Virus record (IMG/VR): IMGVR_UViG_3300025339_000007
Location: 1-42,614 of that record
DNA from: a virus
Lineage: Duplodnaviria > Caudoviricetes
Length of the DNA stretch: 42,614 nt
Strand: one strand, 5' to 3'
Shown: positions 12,375 to 22,930 of the stretch, one piece after another
Numbering within the stretch: position 1 is the stretch's first letter
How the letters are laid out: every line of letters starts with the position of its first letter
Notes under the pieces: model-generated
The model's database searches: none
Seen by the model: the letters and a program-made list of their open reading frames with translations, nothing else
What the model was told of the DNA's origin: nothing
Program-made: the position numbers and the translations under genes

Positions 12375-15300
12375 CTATTTGTTTTTTTTGCGTTTGGCAA
12401 TCTCATATGCTTCTGTATCTGGTTTTGCCGTTGAGAAAAATGTGTTGATTAGTTTCTTTTTTTCTTCTGGTCGAAGTGTTGTAGAACCAACAATCTTTCT
12501 GGCAACAACATCAGCAACAGCATCTTGCTCTTTTGCAGTTGCAACTCTCCAAACCCTGACAGCTTCATCCGCTGTTTTCAACATTTGGAATTTTTGAACC
12601 GCCTTGTCCGGGTATTTAATATATCTGCCAATCGTTTTTTTATCTGCCTCTGTAAGGATGCCATCATTGAATCCTTGCTGATAAAGATCCCTTGCTGACT
12701 GAACGTTTCCTTTAGACAAAGCATCTCGTATTTGGCGACGATAAGTAAAACGCTGATCTTGCTCTGGCGTGAATTGAACGGCTTCTCCAAATGAGTTTGC
12801 AAGTTTAATCGCTTCAGATGGCGATTCTTTATATCCAACTGCCCCCATAACTGGTTTCTCTAAAGCCCCTTCAATTTCTCCAACCACTTGAGGCGCACCA
12901 ACTGCTTTGGAAATCAACCCAATGTTTTCTTTAGATGATCGTTCTTCAGAGGGATATGGTATTCCTCCAACGTCTTTCATTGCCCATTCAACACCTTTTC
13001 CAGCTACACCATAAAGCAATGGGTTTAGTTGCTTTAAAGCTATACGAAAGTTTTCTGCATACTGACCAATCCCTTCAATCTTTCTTGCTTCATATCGTTG
13101 TGAATATCCCGTGCGAAGGTCAAATCGCTTTCCAGTAAGAGTCTCTTGACCTAATCCAACGGCAGGGCCAATCCAAGGGTGCATCTTGGTTGTAAGAAAC
13201 CCATTTGCCATGTCTCGCTCAATATCACGAATATCTTTCCCGCTTCTAGTCCCATCAATAGCAGAATCAATTCCAAATTGACGAAGCCCTCGGCGAAGAC
13301 CAGTAAGGGCAAACACATCAAATGTACGGCGTTTTCCATCCTCCGTATCGTAATTTGGCCCAAAATCAATAGCTCCAATAGGAGTTCCCTGGCGACCGAA
13401 TGGGGTTCCAGTAGTAAACATATTTGTGATTGCTGGGATGAGCGTGGCAAAAGCCAATCCGCTTATTTGAGAAGCCCTTGCCGCAATCGCTCCCTTTAAA
13501 TTGTCTGTGTGAAACCCAGGATCTCCAGTAATCATCTTTCGTGCATACCGATTCATTGCTCGACCAGCAACAATAAATGGTGAGAATCCCGTATCTCTGG
13601 CAAGAGTTTCCCAACGACCCATCAATCTGCGATTGTAGTTTCCAACTTGATTTATGAAATCGCGTCTAGCAGATTCGGTATCAACTGCTCCATATCGCTT
13701 GATAAGTTCATCATAACGACGATTAAGAATGATACGAGTTGCAGTATCAACATCATGGAGAAGCTGATGAGTCCCAAGAAAACGCTGAATGCCCTCTGCT
13801 GGATAAAATGGACGCAACGCTCCGATCTTTGCAAGATATGCCTTCTCGTCTATTGTACGCTGGCTCTTAGAAGAAACTTCTTTAGCTACATCTGCTATCT
13901 CTTTAACTGATTGAGCTTGTCCCAAGAAAGGAATTTTAGCAGTTAAATCAGCCCAAGCAGAATCTCGACCAAGTGCATTTCTTGTTATGTTTTGAAGATT
14001 TTTTAAGTGAGCAGTTGCATCTGCAACACCTAATATTTGAATACCAGTAAATGCTTTAGCTAGAGGATTCTGTTGTGGCCTTGAATCAACATCCAATATT
14101 TTTTTAACAGAATCTTCTAATCCCTTCTGCACATACAGACTTTGTTCAACAACACGAGTAATTCCTGTCTTGGGATCTGTTTCTGGGAATTTAATTGGAA
14201 GCCTTACAACTTCTTTTCCACCAATCATAGCTGGTGCTTCCTCCCCTGCGGAAACAATCTTCCCAACTCCTTTATCTTCTAGTGCTTTATAGAATCGAAT
14301 TTTTGTAACTTCATTCCACCTAGATGCAAGTGAGTTTGTAAGAATAGCAACTGGATCTGTGGAGTAATCTCCAAGGAAAGAAGCCTTCTGCATGAATTTA
14401 TCGCGCTTTACATTTGGGTTGCGATAATTGGAAACAGATGCTTGGGGCATTGGTTTATCTAAGTCTCCATAGGAAGTCATCTTCTCTTCTTCGGTTTTAG
14501 AAAGAAGATTCAACCTAGCTCCAAATTTCCAGCCTCGTCCCTCACGCTCTGTAGCTGGATCAACATTCTTTAGCTCGTTGTAAAGCGAATCCATATCTGG
14601 AACTACATGGCGTTTCCATCGTTCAATGTTGCCTTGAATTTCTGGAGAGGCATTATCAATCTCTTGCTTGTATTGCTCAATAGGATGAGCTTCTTCAATG
14701 TCACGTCCTCGTTGAGATAGAGAATCAATCTTGTTTTGAATTGCTTTTGTGGGACGGCCTTCTGATTGTGCCTGAGCCTTCTCTGCTTCAAGATCATTAA
14801 CTTGTTTAATAATATCTTCGTAGCCACCAACAATATCGTCTTTAACAAGAATATCCATAGTGGGACGCATCTTCTCAATATCTTTGGTTTCTCCAAAAAC
14901 CCTTCCAATAAGTTCCTCTACATGAACTGGAACATAAATGCGAGCAGAGGCGTGTTGATTTGCTTCATCTTCAACTCCAGCCTTGCGTAAATCTTTGATG
15001 TTCTTTCCGCGATATTTAATAGCATCACCGATCTCTTCAACCTTGCTCTTAACTGAATCAATTAAGAAATTAGCTTGCGCTGTTCCTTTTGGCGTAATTC
15101 CCAACGCTTCAGCGTCAGGACGAGTCATCTGATTCTTTTGCAATACTTCTTCTGTTGGTTCTGGTATTGCTTCTTGAACTGCGGCTTTGGGATCTTGAGC
15201 AAACTTCTGTGGAGACACGCGCTTTTCTCCTAGATGGTTATATTCATCCATCCGCATCTCATTGCTATGTGCTTTATCCCCATGAACAAACTTATCCACT

Positions 15301-17462
15301 AAAGCCTGTCCAGATTGCTTGGCAATCTTTCCTGCCGCCTCACGGGTAGTTACTTGAGTAGTTCCATCTGGTAGCGTTACCTTAAATCCAAACTCGCTTG
15401 TGTTGCGAGATGCTGGATCTTGCTTGGATGCAATCTCTGCATCCATTTTCTCTTGCCATGCCTTTGTTTCCTCTGGAGTTTCACGAGGTGTATCACGAGC
15501 GGCTTGCATCGCATCAAGATGAGATGAGCCTTCGTAAACTTTACCATCCTCTGCAAGATATGCGGCAGAGGCAACTCTCGCTCCCTCTGGGACTGCTACT
15601 TCTTCTTTACCTTCACCTTCCCTCTGTGGAGTTCCTTCTTCAGCTTTGACTTTTGCTTCTCCGACAGGGGCGACCCCTTTGAGAGTAGGTAGCCCACTTG
15701 TTTCTTTGACTTGCTCTTCACTGGGTATGGTTGGTTGTGCTTCAGCGGGTTTTAATTCGTTAAGACGCTGATTGTATTTTTGATTATAAAGTTCTGCGGC
15801 TTTAGGGCCAGATGGAATCTCGCCAGAGCTTACAGCCTTGCTCATTTCCGATCCTGCATATTTATGAGCTTGATATTCATTCTCTGCTCTCTGTGCCGCC
15901 TCAATAGGATCAATGCCTTGCGCTACATCTGAATGAACTTTTTGGTAGTCAATAAGAGAAATTTTTTCGTCTCCACGGAGTTTTTGTAATTCAGCAACTC
16001 CTTTTTCATATTCTACTTTAGGAGCCATTGTTGGAGGTTCTTTGCCTCCAGGTAAAACACCAGGCGTAGGAACCATTTCTTGTTTTGCTTCAACGGGAGC
16101 TTCAGCGGTTGGTTCTACAGCAGGGGCTTCTCCAGCACCCGATACAGGAGGTTGGGCTTCCTCTTTTGGCAAAGATGGAGCCGCCTCCTCTGGGGCTAAA
16201 GGGGGTGCTTCAGTAGTTGGTTCTAAATTTTTAATTTGCTCTTCAAGGTGAGTAGTCAACACTTCTCTATTCCTTGCCACATCTAAATCAGTTCCCTCTT
16301 CCTGTGCAATGATTTCCTTACCCCTATTAAGAGCTTCCGTGGCAGATTTAGGATCATCATTTTCAATGTAAGTCTTTGCTTCCTCAAAAGCATCATGTGC
16401 TGAAGGGTTGGGGTCTTTTGAAGCATTCCTAACAATATCAGAAGTTGCTTGCCTTGCATCAGCCATAGCCGCCGCTTTAGCTGTTTCTGGAAGCCCTTCC
16501 TCTTCTAGTTTTGCAATTCCTAAACCATGTGCCGCACCGCCAATTAGTCCAGAAAGCAATACGCTCTTTCCCGTGATAGGATCAACCTCCCCCTCATCAC
16601 CAGTAATGTGCTTCAATACAGTCTCTACCCCATATCGGATTGGCTCAAATGCCGCACCAGTAGCTACGCCAGCACCAAATGTTTTAGCGGCGGCTCCAAC
16701 TCCTTCACTAATTGCTTGTTGACCTAGTTTGGTCAACCCTGCCGCCCCCATGCCAACCATGGGCAATATCTGACCAGCAGTAGCGTATTCTGGATATGCT
16801 TGCTGAGATTCTTCTATTGTTTTCTTAATTCCCAATGCCCTTTCAACTGCCTCACGAGCTTTTCTCGTGCCATAAGATCCAGCAGTAAATAAACCAGCTT
16901 CAGTAGCAATGGCTCCTAGTCCAGCAGTAGGAACTCCAAGGGCCGCCGCAACTGGTGATCCTATAACTGCCGTTCCTAGTCCACCAAGGAAATCTATAGC
17001 ACCTTCTGCAAAACTTCCTAGTCCAGCTAAAGTTTTGCTTGGCTTGGAGGAGGGTCGAACTCCACCAGCTTTTACTTCCTCTTTGTTCCTCGCAGGGACT
17101 TGGCCTTCCATGCCTTGCCCTGCTTGCGGCCCTTGGATTCCTCCTTGGGCATCTTTTGTTTGTCCTTCATTGGTTAGACGGGTTTGGTCATTGCGTTCAC
17201 GCTGGCCTTGGTCTTGGGGACGCAACTGCACATCGGCTTGTACGTTGGCTTGAGATCCGACAGACGGCTCTTGTTGGTCGGATACTCGTCGTGCATTGCC
17301 TTCTTGGTCGGCTTGTGGCTGATTCCTGATTTGATCTTCATTTGCTTGTTCACCTCCTTTTTTTGATAAAATGTTTTTTATTGCAGAAGAGATTTGCTCT
17401 TTTGACATTCCATCGGGAAATTGAACATCCCCCAAATTGGGAACAGAAACAACTGATGGCAT
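12375..17462 (-). CDS. large internal virion (DNA ejection) protein
   Basis: 1695 aa; VQFPDGMSKEQI N-terminus, Gly/Ala-rich amphipathic segments, helical composition. Confidence 0.75.
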   Translation of the reverse strand: MPSVVSVPNLGDVQFPDGMSKEQISSAIKNILSKKGGEQANEDQIRNQPQADQEGNARRVSDQQEPSVGSQANVQADVQLRPQDQGQRERNDQTRLTNEGQTKDAQGGIQGPQAGQGMEGQVPARNKEEVKAGGVRPSSKPSKTLAGLGSFAEGAIDFLGGLGTAVIGSPVAAALGVPTAGLGAIATEAGLFTAGSYGTRKAREAVERALGIKKTIEESQQAYPEYATAGQILPMVGMGAAGLTKLGQQAISEGVGAAAKTFGAGVATGAAFEPIRYGVETVLKHITGDEGEVDPITGKSVLLSGLIGGAAHGLGIAKLEEEGLPETAKAAAMADARQATSDIVRNASKDPNPSAHDAFEEAKTYIENDDPKSATEALNRGKEIIAQEEGTDLDVARNREVLTTHLEEQIKNLEPTTEAPPLAPEEAAPSLPKEEAQPPVSGAGEAPAVEPTAEAPVEAKQEMVPTPGVLPGGKEPPTMAPKVEYEKGVAELQKLRGDEKISLIDYQKVHSDVAQGIDPIEAAQRAENEYQAHKYAGSEMSKAVSSGEIPSGPKAAELYNQKYNQRLNELKPAEAQPTIPSEEQVKETSGLPTLKGVAPVGEAKVKAEEGTPQREGEGKEEVAVPEGARVASAAYLAEDGKVYEGSSHLDAMQAARDTPRETPEETKAWQEKMDAEIASKQDPASRNTSEFGFKVTLPDGTTQVTTREAAGKIAKQSGQALVDKFVHGDKAHSNEMRMDEYNHLGEKRVSPQKFAQDPKAAVQEAIPEPTEEVLQKNQMTRPDAEALGITPKGTAQANFLIDSVKSKVEEIGDAIKYRGKNIKDLRKAGVEDEANQHASARIYVPVHVEELIGRVFGETKDIEKMRPTMDILVKDDIVGGYEDIIKQVNDLEAEKAQAQSEGRPTKAIQNKIDSLSQRGRDIEEAHPIEQYKQEIDNASPEIQGNIERWKRHVVPDMDSLYNELKNVDPATEREGRGWKFGARLNLLSKTEEEKMTSYGDLDKPMPQASVSNYRNPNVKRDKFMQKASFLGDYSTDPVAILTNSLASRWNEVTKIRFYKALEDKGVGKIVSAGEEAPAMIGGKEVVRLPIKFPETDPKTGITRVVEQSLYVQKGLEDSVKKILDVDSRPQQNPLAKAFTGIQILGVADATAHLKNLQNITRNALGRDSAWADLTAKIPFLGQAQSVKEIADVAKEVSSKSQRTIDEKAYLAKIGALRPFYPAEGIQRFLGTHQLLHDVDTATRIILNRRYDELIKRYGAVDTESARRDFINQVGNYNRRLMGRWETLARDTGFSPFIVAGRAMNRYARKMITGDPGFHTDNLKGAIAARASQISGLAFATLIPAITNMFTTGTPFGRQGTPIGAIDFGPNYDTEDGKRRTFDVFALTGLRRGLRQFGIDSAIDGTRSGKDIRDIERDMANGFLTTKMHPWIGPAVGLGQETLTGKRFDLRTGYSQRYEARKIEGIGQYAENFRIALKQLNPLLYGVAGKGVEWAMKDVGGIPYPSEERSSKENIGLISKAVGAPQVVGEIEGALEKPVMGAVGYKESPSEAIKLANSFGEAVQFTPEQDQRFTYRRQIRDALSKGNVQSARDLYQQGFNDGILTEADKKTIGRYIKYPDKAVQKFQMLKTADEAVRVWRVATAKEQDAVADVVARKIVGSTTLRPEEKKKLINTFFSTAKPDTEAYEIAKRKKNK

Positions 17463-17464
17463 GA

Positions 17465-18469
17465 CTATTGAGGTTTAAGTTCTCCTGTTGATGGATCGTA
17501 AATATATCTTGTTGGTTCAGTTGTAGCTTCTGGTGTAGGGGATGGCAAGGGTGTTGGTGTTGACTTTGCGGTTTCAGATATTTTTGTTAACTGTTCCATT
17601 GGAGAAAGTTTTTTTTCTTTTGGCCTTGAGTAAGTAACTTGACCACTGGCAGATATTCCACTCGGAACAAGTCCAATATCGGATGCCATTTCAACTCTCT
17701 GCTCCTGACCGATGGGTGGTGTTTTTACAAACTTTGCCACAGGGCGACCATATTCATCATACTCGGCATACTTAACCCTTCCTTCTGGAGCCTCTGTAGC
17801 CTCATATGTCTGTTGTGCCTTCTGTTGCATCTGTTGTGCAATCATTGGGAGATGCTCGTTATATCCTTTTTGGAAATCGTAATTGCCATTCTCATCCACA
17901 GGAAATTGAGACATATCAGCTTCAATACCATATTTGGTTTTTGCTTCATGTTGAATACCGCCAATGATGTCTTTAATCTCGCCAGTCTTTGATTTCCAAG
18001 CATCATTAAGAGCCTGACGAGTATCGCGGTTTGCCATTAAGCGATGGAACTCTTGGCTAGACCTAACATCATTAAGCATTGCCATAGCATCTTTATGAAT
18101 TGGGTCAATCTCATTAATGGTTCCAACAACTTTATCAAGATCATCAAGTCTTTGATTATATTGATCTTCACGGGCTTGTTTGCGAGATTCGTATGCTTCT
18201 TGGCGGCGAGTTTGAAGCTCAAGGCGAGCTTGTTCCCGATTTGCTCGTTCTTGTGCCAAACGCTCGCTTTCCACGGCCCTTTGTTCCCTGCTTTGAGCAT
18301 ATTGCTCCTCAAGGGCCTCTCTCCGCTTTTTATCCTGCCAGTCAATCATTTCCATGATGCCTTTGCCTTGAGCATATGAGGCGGCATATCCAGTAGGGGC
18401 ATAAGTAGTTTCTCCGCGAGAGCTTGGGACTCTAAACATCATTGCGGCAGATTGTGATCCTGTAGCCAT
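17465..18469 (-). CDS. internal virion protein
   Basis: 334-aa coiled-coil; C-terminal YIYDPSTGELKPQ; precedes the large ejection protein. Confidence 0.65.
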   Translation of the reverse strand: MATGSQSAAMMFRVPSSRGETTYAPTGYAASYAQGKGIMEMIDWQDKKRREALEEQYAQSREQRAVESERLAQERANREQARLELQTRRQEAYESRKQAREDQYNQRLDDLDKVVGTINEIDPIHKDAMAMLNDVRSSQEFHRLMANRDTRQALNDAWKSKTGEIKDIIGGIQHEAKTKYGIEADMSQFPVDENGNYDFQKGYNEHLPMIAQQMQQKAQQTYEATEAPEGRVKYAEYDEYGRPVAKFVKTPPIGQEQRVEMASDIGLVPSGISASGQVTYSRPKEKKLSPMEQLTKISETAKSTPTPLPSPTPEATTEPTRYIYDPSTGELKPQ

Positions 18470-18470
18470 A

Positions 18471-19370
18471 TTATGTTTGTTGTTGTTTAGATTTTTTTAA
18501 TTCGGCTTCCGTTAAACCTTTTGTAAAAGCTCTAGAAGATGATGTGCTAGATTGACTTGCTGGATAAGATTGAACATAACCATGCTCACCAAAAATTGTT
18601 TTACCTTTAGTTGGCATTCCTTGATATGCCTGACCATACAAATTTGTCTTATCTGAATATGCTTGTTGAATTGATTTATTTAATGCAGTTTGTTTAATAG
18701 CAGCATTTTTTATTTGGTAAGTATTGTCAACTCCTTGATCTTGTGGCGACCAAACTCCCGTCTCTGGATCAAACCCAGCCGCCTCTCTTCCTGCTTTAAT
18801 TTCAGCAACTACATTTGCCCCTTGCTGTAATTTTGATTGAAGGAATGCGGCCCTATTTGCCTTTGATTGTTCTGATTCTTGTGGGCCAGCTTCTCCTGTT
18901 TCAGAAACTCCTTTTTGTTTTGCTTGCCAATCAGGGGCAATTTTACCAACAGAAGCACCACTAATAGGATCATACTGCATCCTTCCTGACAATCCAATAA
19001 TGTTTCCTCGGATGTCGCGTTCAACCCTATTGTAAGGAGTAAGATCAAGTCCGCTTGTTTTACCACTACCCGTCTCTGGTTCAACAAAGGAACGAAGAAT
19101 AGCTTTGCCGCCTTTCATTAAATCCATCACGGCATCGTGAGCGTCTTGGATGTAGTTAGACTGCTTTTTGCTGGCTTGAGCCGTGTTTTGTGGAGTAGTC
19201 ACAACTCCCTGCTGGGCAGTTGAAGACATATCCCCAAACATAGAGGAAAGATAATCTTGCCCCTCAGATTCAGTCCATCCAGCTTTTGTAAAATCATCCG
19301 TGGTCGGAGCAATCATTGCTGACTGAAGCATGGAGGAAAAACCAGTTGGGTATTTGAAGAGGTCAGCCAT
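18471..19370 (-). CDS. putative internal virion protein
   Basis: 299 aa, Gln/Ser-rich, between the adaptor and internal proteins. Confidence 0.55.
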   Translation of the reverse strand: MADLFKYPTGFSSMLQSAMIAPTTDDFTKAGWTESEGQDYLSSMFGDMSSTAQQGVVTTPQNTAQASKKQSNYIQDAHDAVMDLMKGGKAILRSFVEPETGSGKTSGLDLTPYNRVERDIRGNIIGLSGRMQYDPISGASVGKIAPDWQAKQKGVSETGEAGPQESEQSKANRAAFLQSKLQQGANVVAEIKAGREAAGFDPETGVWSPQDQGVDNTYQIKNAAIKQTALNKSIQQAYSDKTNLYGQAYQGMPTKGKTIFGEHGYVQSYPASQSSTSSSRAFTKGLTEAELKKSKQQQT

Positions 19371-19372
19371 AA

Positions 19373-20086
19373 TTAGACTAGGTTCTGCATGATGCTGGGG
19401 GCGAATGCCTTGGTTTGAATTTGAATCTGAGCCAACTCGCCATCCTCAAAGCTAGCCGTCTCATCATTGAGGCATTTAAAAGCATAGTCCCAATAGACTT
19501 GCGCCCTTTCTAGCTCATTGATGTTCTCGTAATTGAAGGCTTGCATCCCATACCGATAAGCATTTCGATTGGAAGGAATGAGCAAATCATTGGAATTAAC
19601 CAGCGGCACATACCCTCTCCGCACAATGCAATACATGGTGCGGTTCTCTGGAACCTTGCCCAAGACGCGATAGCGTTGCGTATCTGCCGTGGCTCCCGAT
19701 GGAAGCGGACTAGCTGGCACATTACCTTGCCTGACAATCTGCAAGTCTCCCACATAATTTGGAGGAAGCCAACCAAGGCTGCCTTCATCAAAAGGATACC
19801 AATCAGGCATCACATCGCCAAGTTCACCAGTCAGATAGTCGGGATCAACAGCCAGCACTTTCAATACCGATTCAATCCCGGCAGTAGTATCAAAGTAATT
19901 ATTACCGGCCACATCCTGGCTCACCGTGAAGGAATAAATGAACCTATTCCCCCTCCATTGCCCAGAGGAAATAAACCTCTCATTTACAAAGTTGATTGCC
20001 CTACCCACCTCTGGATCAGACGGCCCTTGGCTCGTAATAAACGAAGCAAAAAGGGATTTAGCCTGTGCGAAGGTAAGGGAAGCCAT
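19373..20086 (-). CDS. head-tail adaptor / tail tubular-like protein
   Basis: 237 aa; AINFVNERFI...GQW N-terminus and A..YW..A...LN.E C-terminus. Confidence 0.6.
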   Translation of the reverse strand: MASLTFAQAKSLFASFITSQGPSDPEVGRAINFVNERFISSGQWRGNRFIYSFTVSQDVAGNNYFDTTAGIESVLKVLAVDPDYLTGELGDVMPDWYPFDEGSLGWLPPNYVGDLQIVRQGNVPASPLPSGATADTQRYRVLGKVPENRTMYCIVRRGYVPLVNSNDLLIPSNRNAYRYGMQAFNYENINELERAQVYWDYAFKCLNDETASFEDGELAQIQIQTKAFAPSIMQNLV

Positions 20087-20096
20087 GATCGGCTAA

Positions 20097-20126
20097 TAAT
20101 TACCTCACTATCCTAAATCAAGTCAA
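20097..20126 (-). promoter_or_regulatory. sigma70-like promoter of the structural operon
   Basis: TTGACT-18 nt-TAATTA ending 10 nt before ATG 20086. Confidence 0.55.
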
Positions 20127-20131
20127 CTGAT

Positions 20132-20443
20132 TTATAATTCTTCCTTTTTCCAATTATTACCGCCGTCTTCCTCATCATCAGCCCATTCGCCATCCCAATC
20201 TAAATTGGAATCTTCCATGATGTTATCCACATAGTTATTTACAATCCCCTTCACGGCAAACTCATTTCCAAATTGGCAATAGTGAAACAAAGTTTTACCC
20301 TCTATCTCTTTGGAAAGCAGAATAACCCCCACATCAAAGAACTCTGCCGCCAGACTACGAAGTTGTTGCATAGCCTGTTCAACACGCTTTTCCTCCTTAA
20401 TGGAGATTGCCTTAACCGGCTTGGTTGTGCGCTTCTTTGCCAT
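20132..20443 (-). CDS. hypothetical protein
   Basis: MAKKRTTK start; L.EFFDVGVILLS...FGNEFAVKG, acidic tail. Confidence 0.65.
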   Translation of the reverse strand: MAKKRTTKPVKAISIKEEKRVEQAMQQLRSLAAEFFDVGVILLSKEIEGKTLFHYCQFGNEFAVKGIVNNYVDNIMEDSNLDWDGEWADDEEDGGNNWKKEEL

Positions 20444-20472
20444 GCACCTCCCTTCTACCCCATGTTTGAAAT

Positions 20473-21159
20473 CTAGGCTAGGATCTTTTCTAGTTCCTCT
20501 TTTATTTCTAAAGACAACCCGCCCCACGACCAAGATTGCCTCACATACGTCTCCATCTCACGAGGATGGAGCCAGGTGAAGTGGCGATAGTAATTCCGAT
20601 ACGCCCAAGCCCCAAACGCATTAAACTCGCTAAAACGCCCCTTAGGCCGCTTCTTGAGCCATTGTGATAGATCCTCTTGATGGCAGTTAAACATGAAGTC
20701 CCTAAAGTCTCGAAGCGATTGCCGGGAGAATACAAACGGATGCCTCCTCATAAACTCAAACTCAGGCATAGATTTAATTGCCTCCTGAGTGATGGGATAC
20801 CAAGGACTCTGATCATGCGGCACATCCTCATACAACCAAATAGGGTTCCCCTCACGAAAAAAGCATTCGGGAGTCACATCCCTAATGAACACGCAATCAC
20901 TATCCATCACCAAGATATAGGGACTCCTGCAATACCAATCAGCATGGAGCTTGTCATTCTGTTGCTGGATATATCCATCGGGCCAAGCCGACACTAGATG
21001 AACCTCTGCGTCACAAGACGGCAATAAAGGATAATCATCGGCATTGATGCAGATATGAGTCTTACCAAATCCACGAGCATACTTCTTGATTGATCTCAAG
21101 CAATACTCAAGCCAATTAAAATCGCCGTGCCAGCTACGAATAAATATGTCTACTTGCAT
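20473..21159 (-). CDS. nucleotide-diphospho-sugar transferase-like protein (GT-A fold, DUF6492-like)
   Basis: GYIQQQNDKLHAD, ILVMDSDCVF (DxD), FSEFNAFG. Confidence 0.75.
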   Translation of the reverse strand: MQVDIFIRSWHGDFNWLEYCLRSIKKYARGFGKTHICINADDYPLLPSCDAEVHLVSAWPDGYIQQQNDKLHADWYCRSPYILVMDSDCVFIRDVTPECFFREGNPIWLYEDVPHDQSPWYPITQEAIKSMPEFEFMRRHPFVFSRQSLRDFRDFMFNCHQEDLSQWLKKRPKGRFSEFNAFGAWAYRNYYRHFTWLHPREMETYVRQSWSWGGLSLEIKEELEKILA

Positions 21160-21800
21160 GGTATACAGAGAAGATCGTATTGATCACCGCCCTCTTCTGG
21201 ATATGAAGTGAAATCATACCCCATAGCAATAACTGCATTTAATAAATCAACAGCACTACTACCATGCCTCTCAAGGGCAAACCTATTCACCTCAATCCAC
21301 ATTTTAGGTCTGAACTTATCAATAATATTGATTGCTCCCTCTAATGCCCTCAATTCATACCCCTCCACATCCAACTTGATGAAATCCAATCTATCCAGGT
21401 TCAATTCATCCAAGCACATGAGCTTTATAGCCTCTCCAGACGCTCCGATTGAACTAGCCCCTACATTCTCACAAGTCTCAAGGAAAGCCTCTCCTCCGTG
21501 GCTACAAAGCCCGTAATTGAAGGCTTGCACATGAGGGCAGTTGTGAATCAAGCATTGGAACGCCGCAGGATTAGGCTCAAAGGCAAACACCATCCCCAAA
21601 TCACCCACTTTGTCCTTATAGGCTTTAGTGTGGTCGCCTATAAAGGCTCCCCCATCCACCACCCAATCCCCCTCCTTGATATGCTCAAGGATGATCGGCA
21701 ATGAGTTCTGGTCATGATCAAGTCTCCCCTCCATCTCCACCCAACGGGAGATATGCGTGTCTCCCTCAATCACAGCTATTCCATTATCAAGAATCTTCAC
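21150..21800 (-). CDS. FkbM-family SAM-dependent methyltransferase
   Basis: VVDGGAFIGDHT, FAFEPNP, FIKLDVEGYEL..LEGA; GTG start. Confidence 0.92.
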   Translation of the reverse strand: MKILDNGIAVIEGDTHISRWVEMEGRLDHDQNSLPIILEHIKEGDWVVDGGAFIGDHTKAYKDKVGDLGMVFAFEPNPAAFQCLIHNCPHVQAFNYGLCSHGGEAFLETCENVGASSIGASGEAIKLMCLDELNLDRLDFIKLDVEGYELRALEGAINIIDKFRPKMWIEVNRFALERHGSSAVDLLNAVIAMGYDFTSYPEEGGDQYDLLCIPCK

Positions 21801-21803
21801 GGC

Positions 21804-21836
21804 TTGACACTACCTCATTCATGTCCTACCTTGCAA
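21804..21836. promoter_or_regulatory. overlapping divergent promoters
   Basis: Plus strand TTGACA-17-TACCTT; minus strand TTGCAA-18-TAGTGT ending 6 nt before the FkbM GTG. Confidence 0.65.
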
Positions 21837-21837
21837 G

Positions 21838-22135
21838 CAGATCACTCACAGGATGACTGATCTGGTGTAGTGGCAGGAGATCGTATGAGACGGGCCTCCC
21901 ACGAAGGTTAGAAGCTGGAGACCGCCGCCCAGCTTTAATAATGAGAGTCCCCGCGAAAAGACTCCTTCTATCCCCAACCCACCAAGTCAGGTAAGGCTCC
22001 ATAGGTCGTTCTAAAGCCGAGGGGGATCGGAAGCTCTATTTTAACATAGGGCTTCTTATGCCCTCCGCAGGAGCCTGTATCATAACACATCCAATTCATC
22101 AAGCGCGGCGGCCCCAAGCCAGCCGTGCGCAATTG
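21838..22135 (+). ncRNA. candidate structured non-coding RNA
   Basis: Starts about 6 nt after a -10 box; at least six stems; no ORF in the track. Confidence 0.5.
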
Positions 22136-22211
22136 ATATGTATAGAAAACAAGATTTTATCGACATATCATCTCAATCATGTACAAATCATAAACATATC
22201 TTTAGACTATA

Positions 22212-22439
22212 ATGAAAACTGATATGAAAACTAACTACCACGGAAATCAATCTTCCCTCCTATCTCAAGCAATCTACCTCATAGAACAAGGTCAAGATTG
22301 CGGAACCATAGCAGGTCAACTAGACCCAGAATACTCTCTGCGCCTCCGTATTCACACGCAGATCCTCCCAGATGAGATAAGAACGCTATCCCTTTATGGG
22401 AGAGCGCATCCTCCTGCGTATCAGAAGAAGAGAAAATAA
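22212..22439 (+). CDS. possible small hypothetical protein
   Basis: 75-aa ORF in an otherwise non-coding region. Confidence 0.35.
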   Translation: MKTDMKTNYHGNQSSLLSQAIYLIEQGQDCGTIAGQLDPEYSLRLRIHTQILPDEIRTLSLYGRAHPPAYQKKRK

Positions 22440-22930
22440 AGTTTCTATCCTTTTAGGAAGGACAGATCTCGGTGAATGTGTCCCTCGGAGAAGGACGGGA
22501 ACCACCCTACCATTCAGGAGTAGTATAAGTCGTTAACTATCAATAAGTAGTAACGCATGACGCATGCCGATCTTGTCAGAAAAAGTGGGTAGTTTTTCTT
22601 TCAGGAATGTTGCCGATCATTCACATCCAATAAAAGTCTACGAGCGCAAACAATAATAACCCCGATAGGGAACATTTTGCCAGTTAAGACACCAGATTAT
22701 ACCCGATAGGATTTGTCACAACCTTTAGGTTGCAGAACTCTGTTCTGTCACTTGGGGATTTTTAGGAAAATTTGTATAGAGGTTTTCTCGCGGAAACGAC
22801 GGCAAAACTTCTCGCGTCGAGGGGGGTGCCCGTCACCCTACCCACAGAAAAAAAGAATGCTTTGAATTACTAGGCTACCGGATACTAACAGAACTATTTA
22901 TGTTCTGTATTATCTGATGCTATGGCAATC

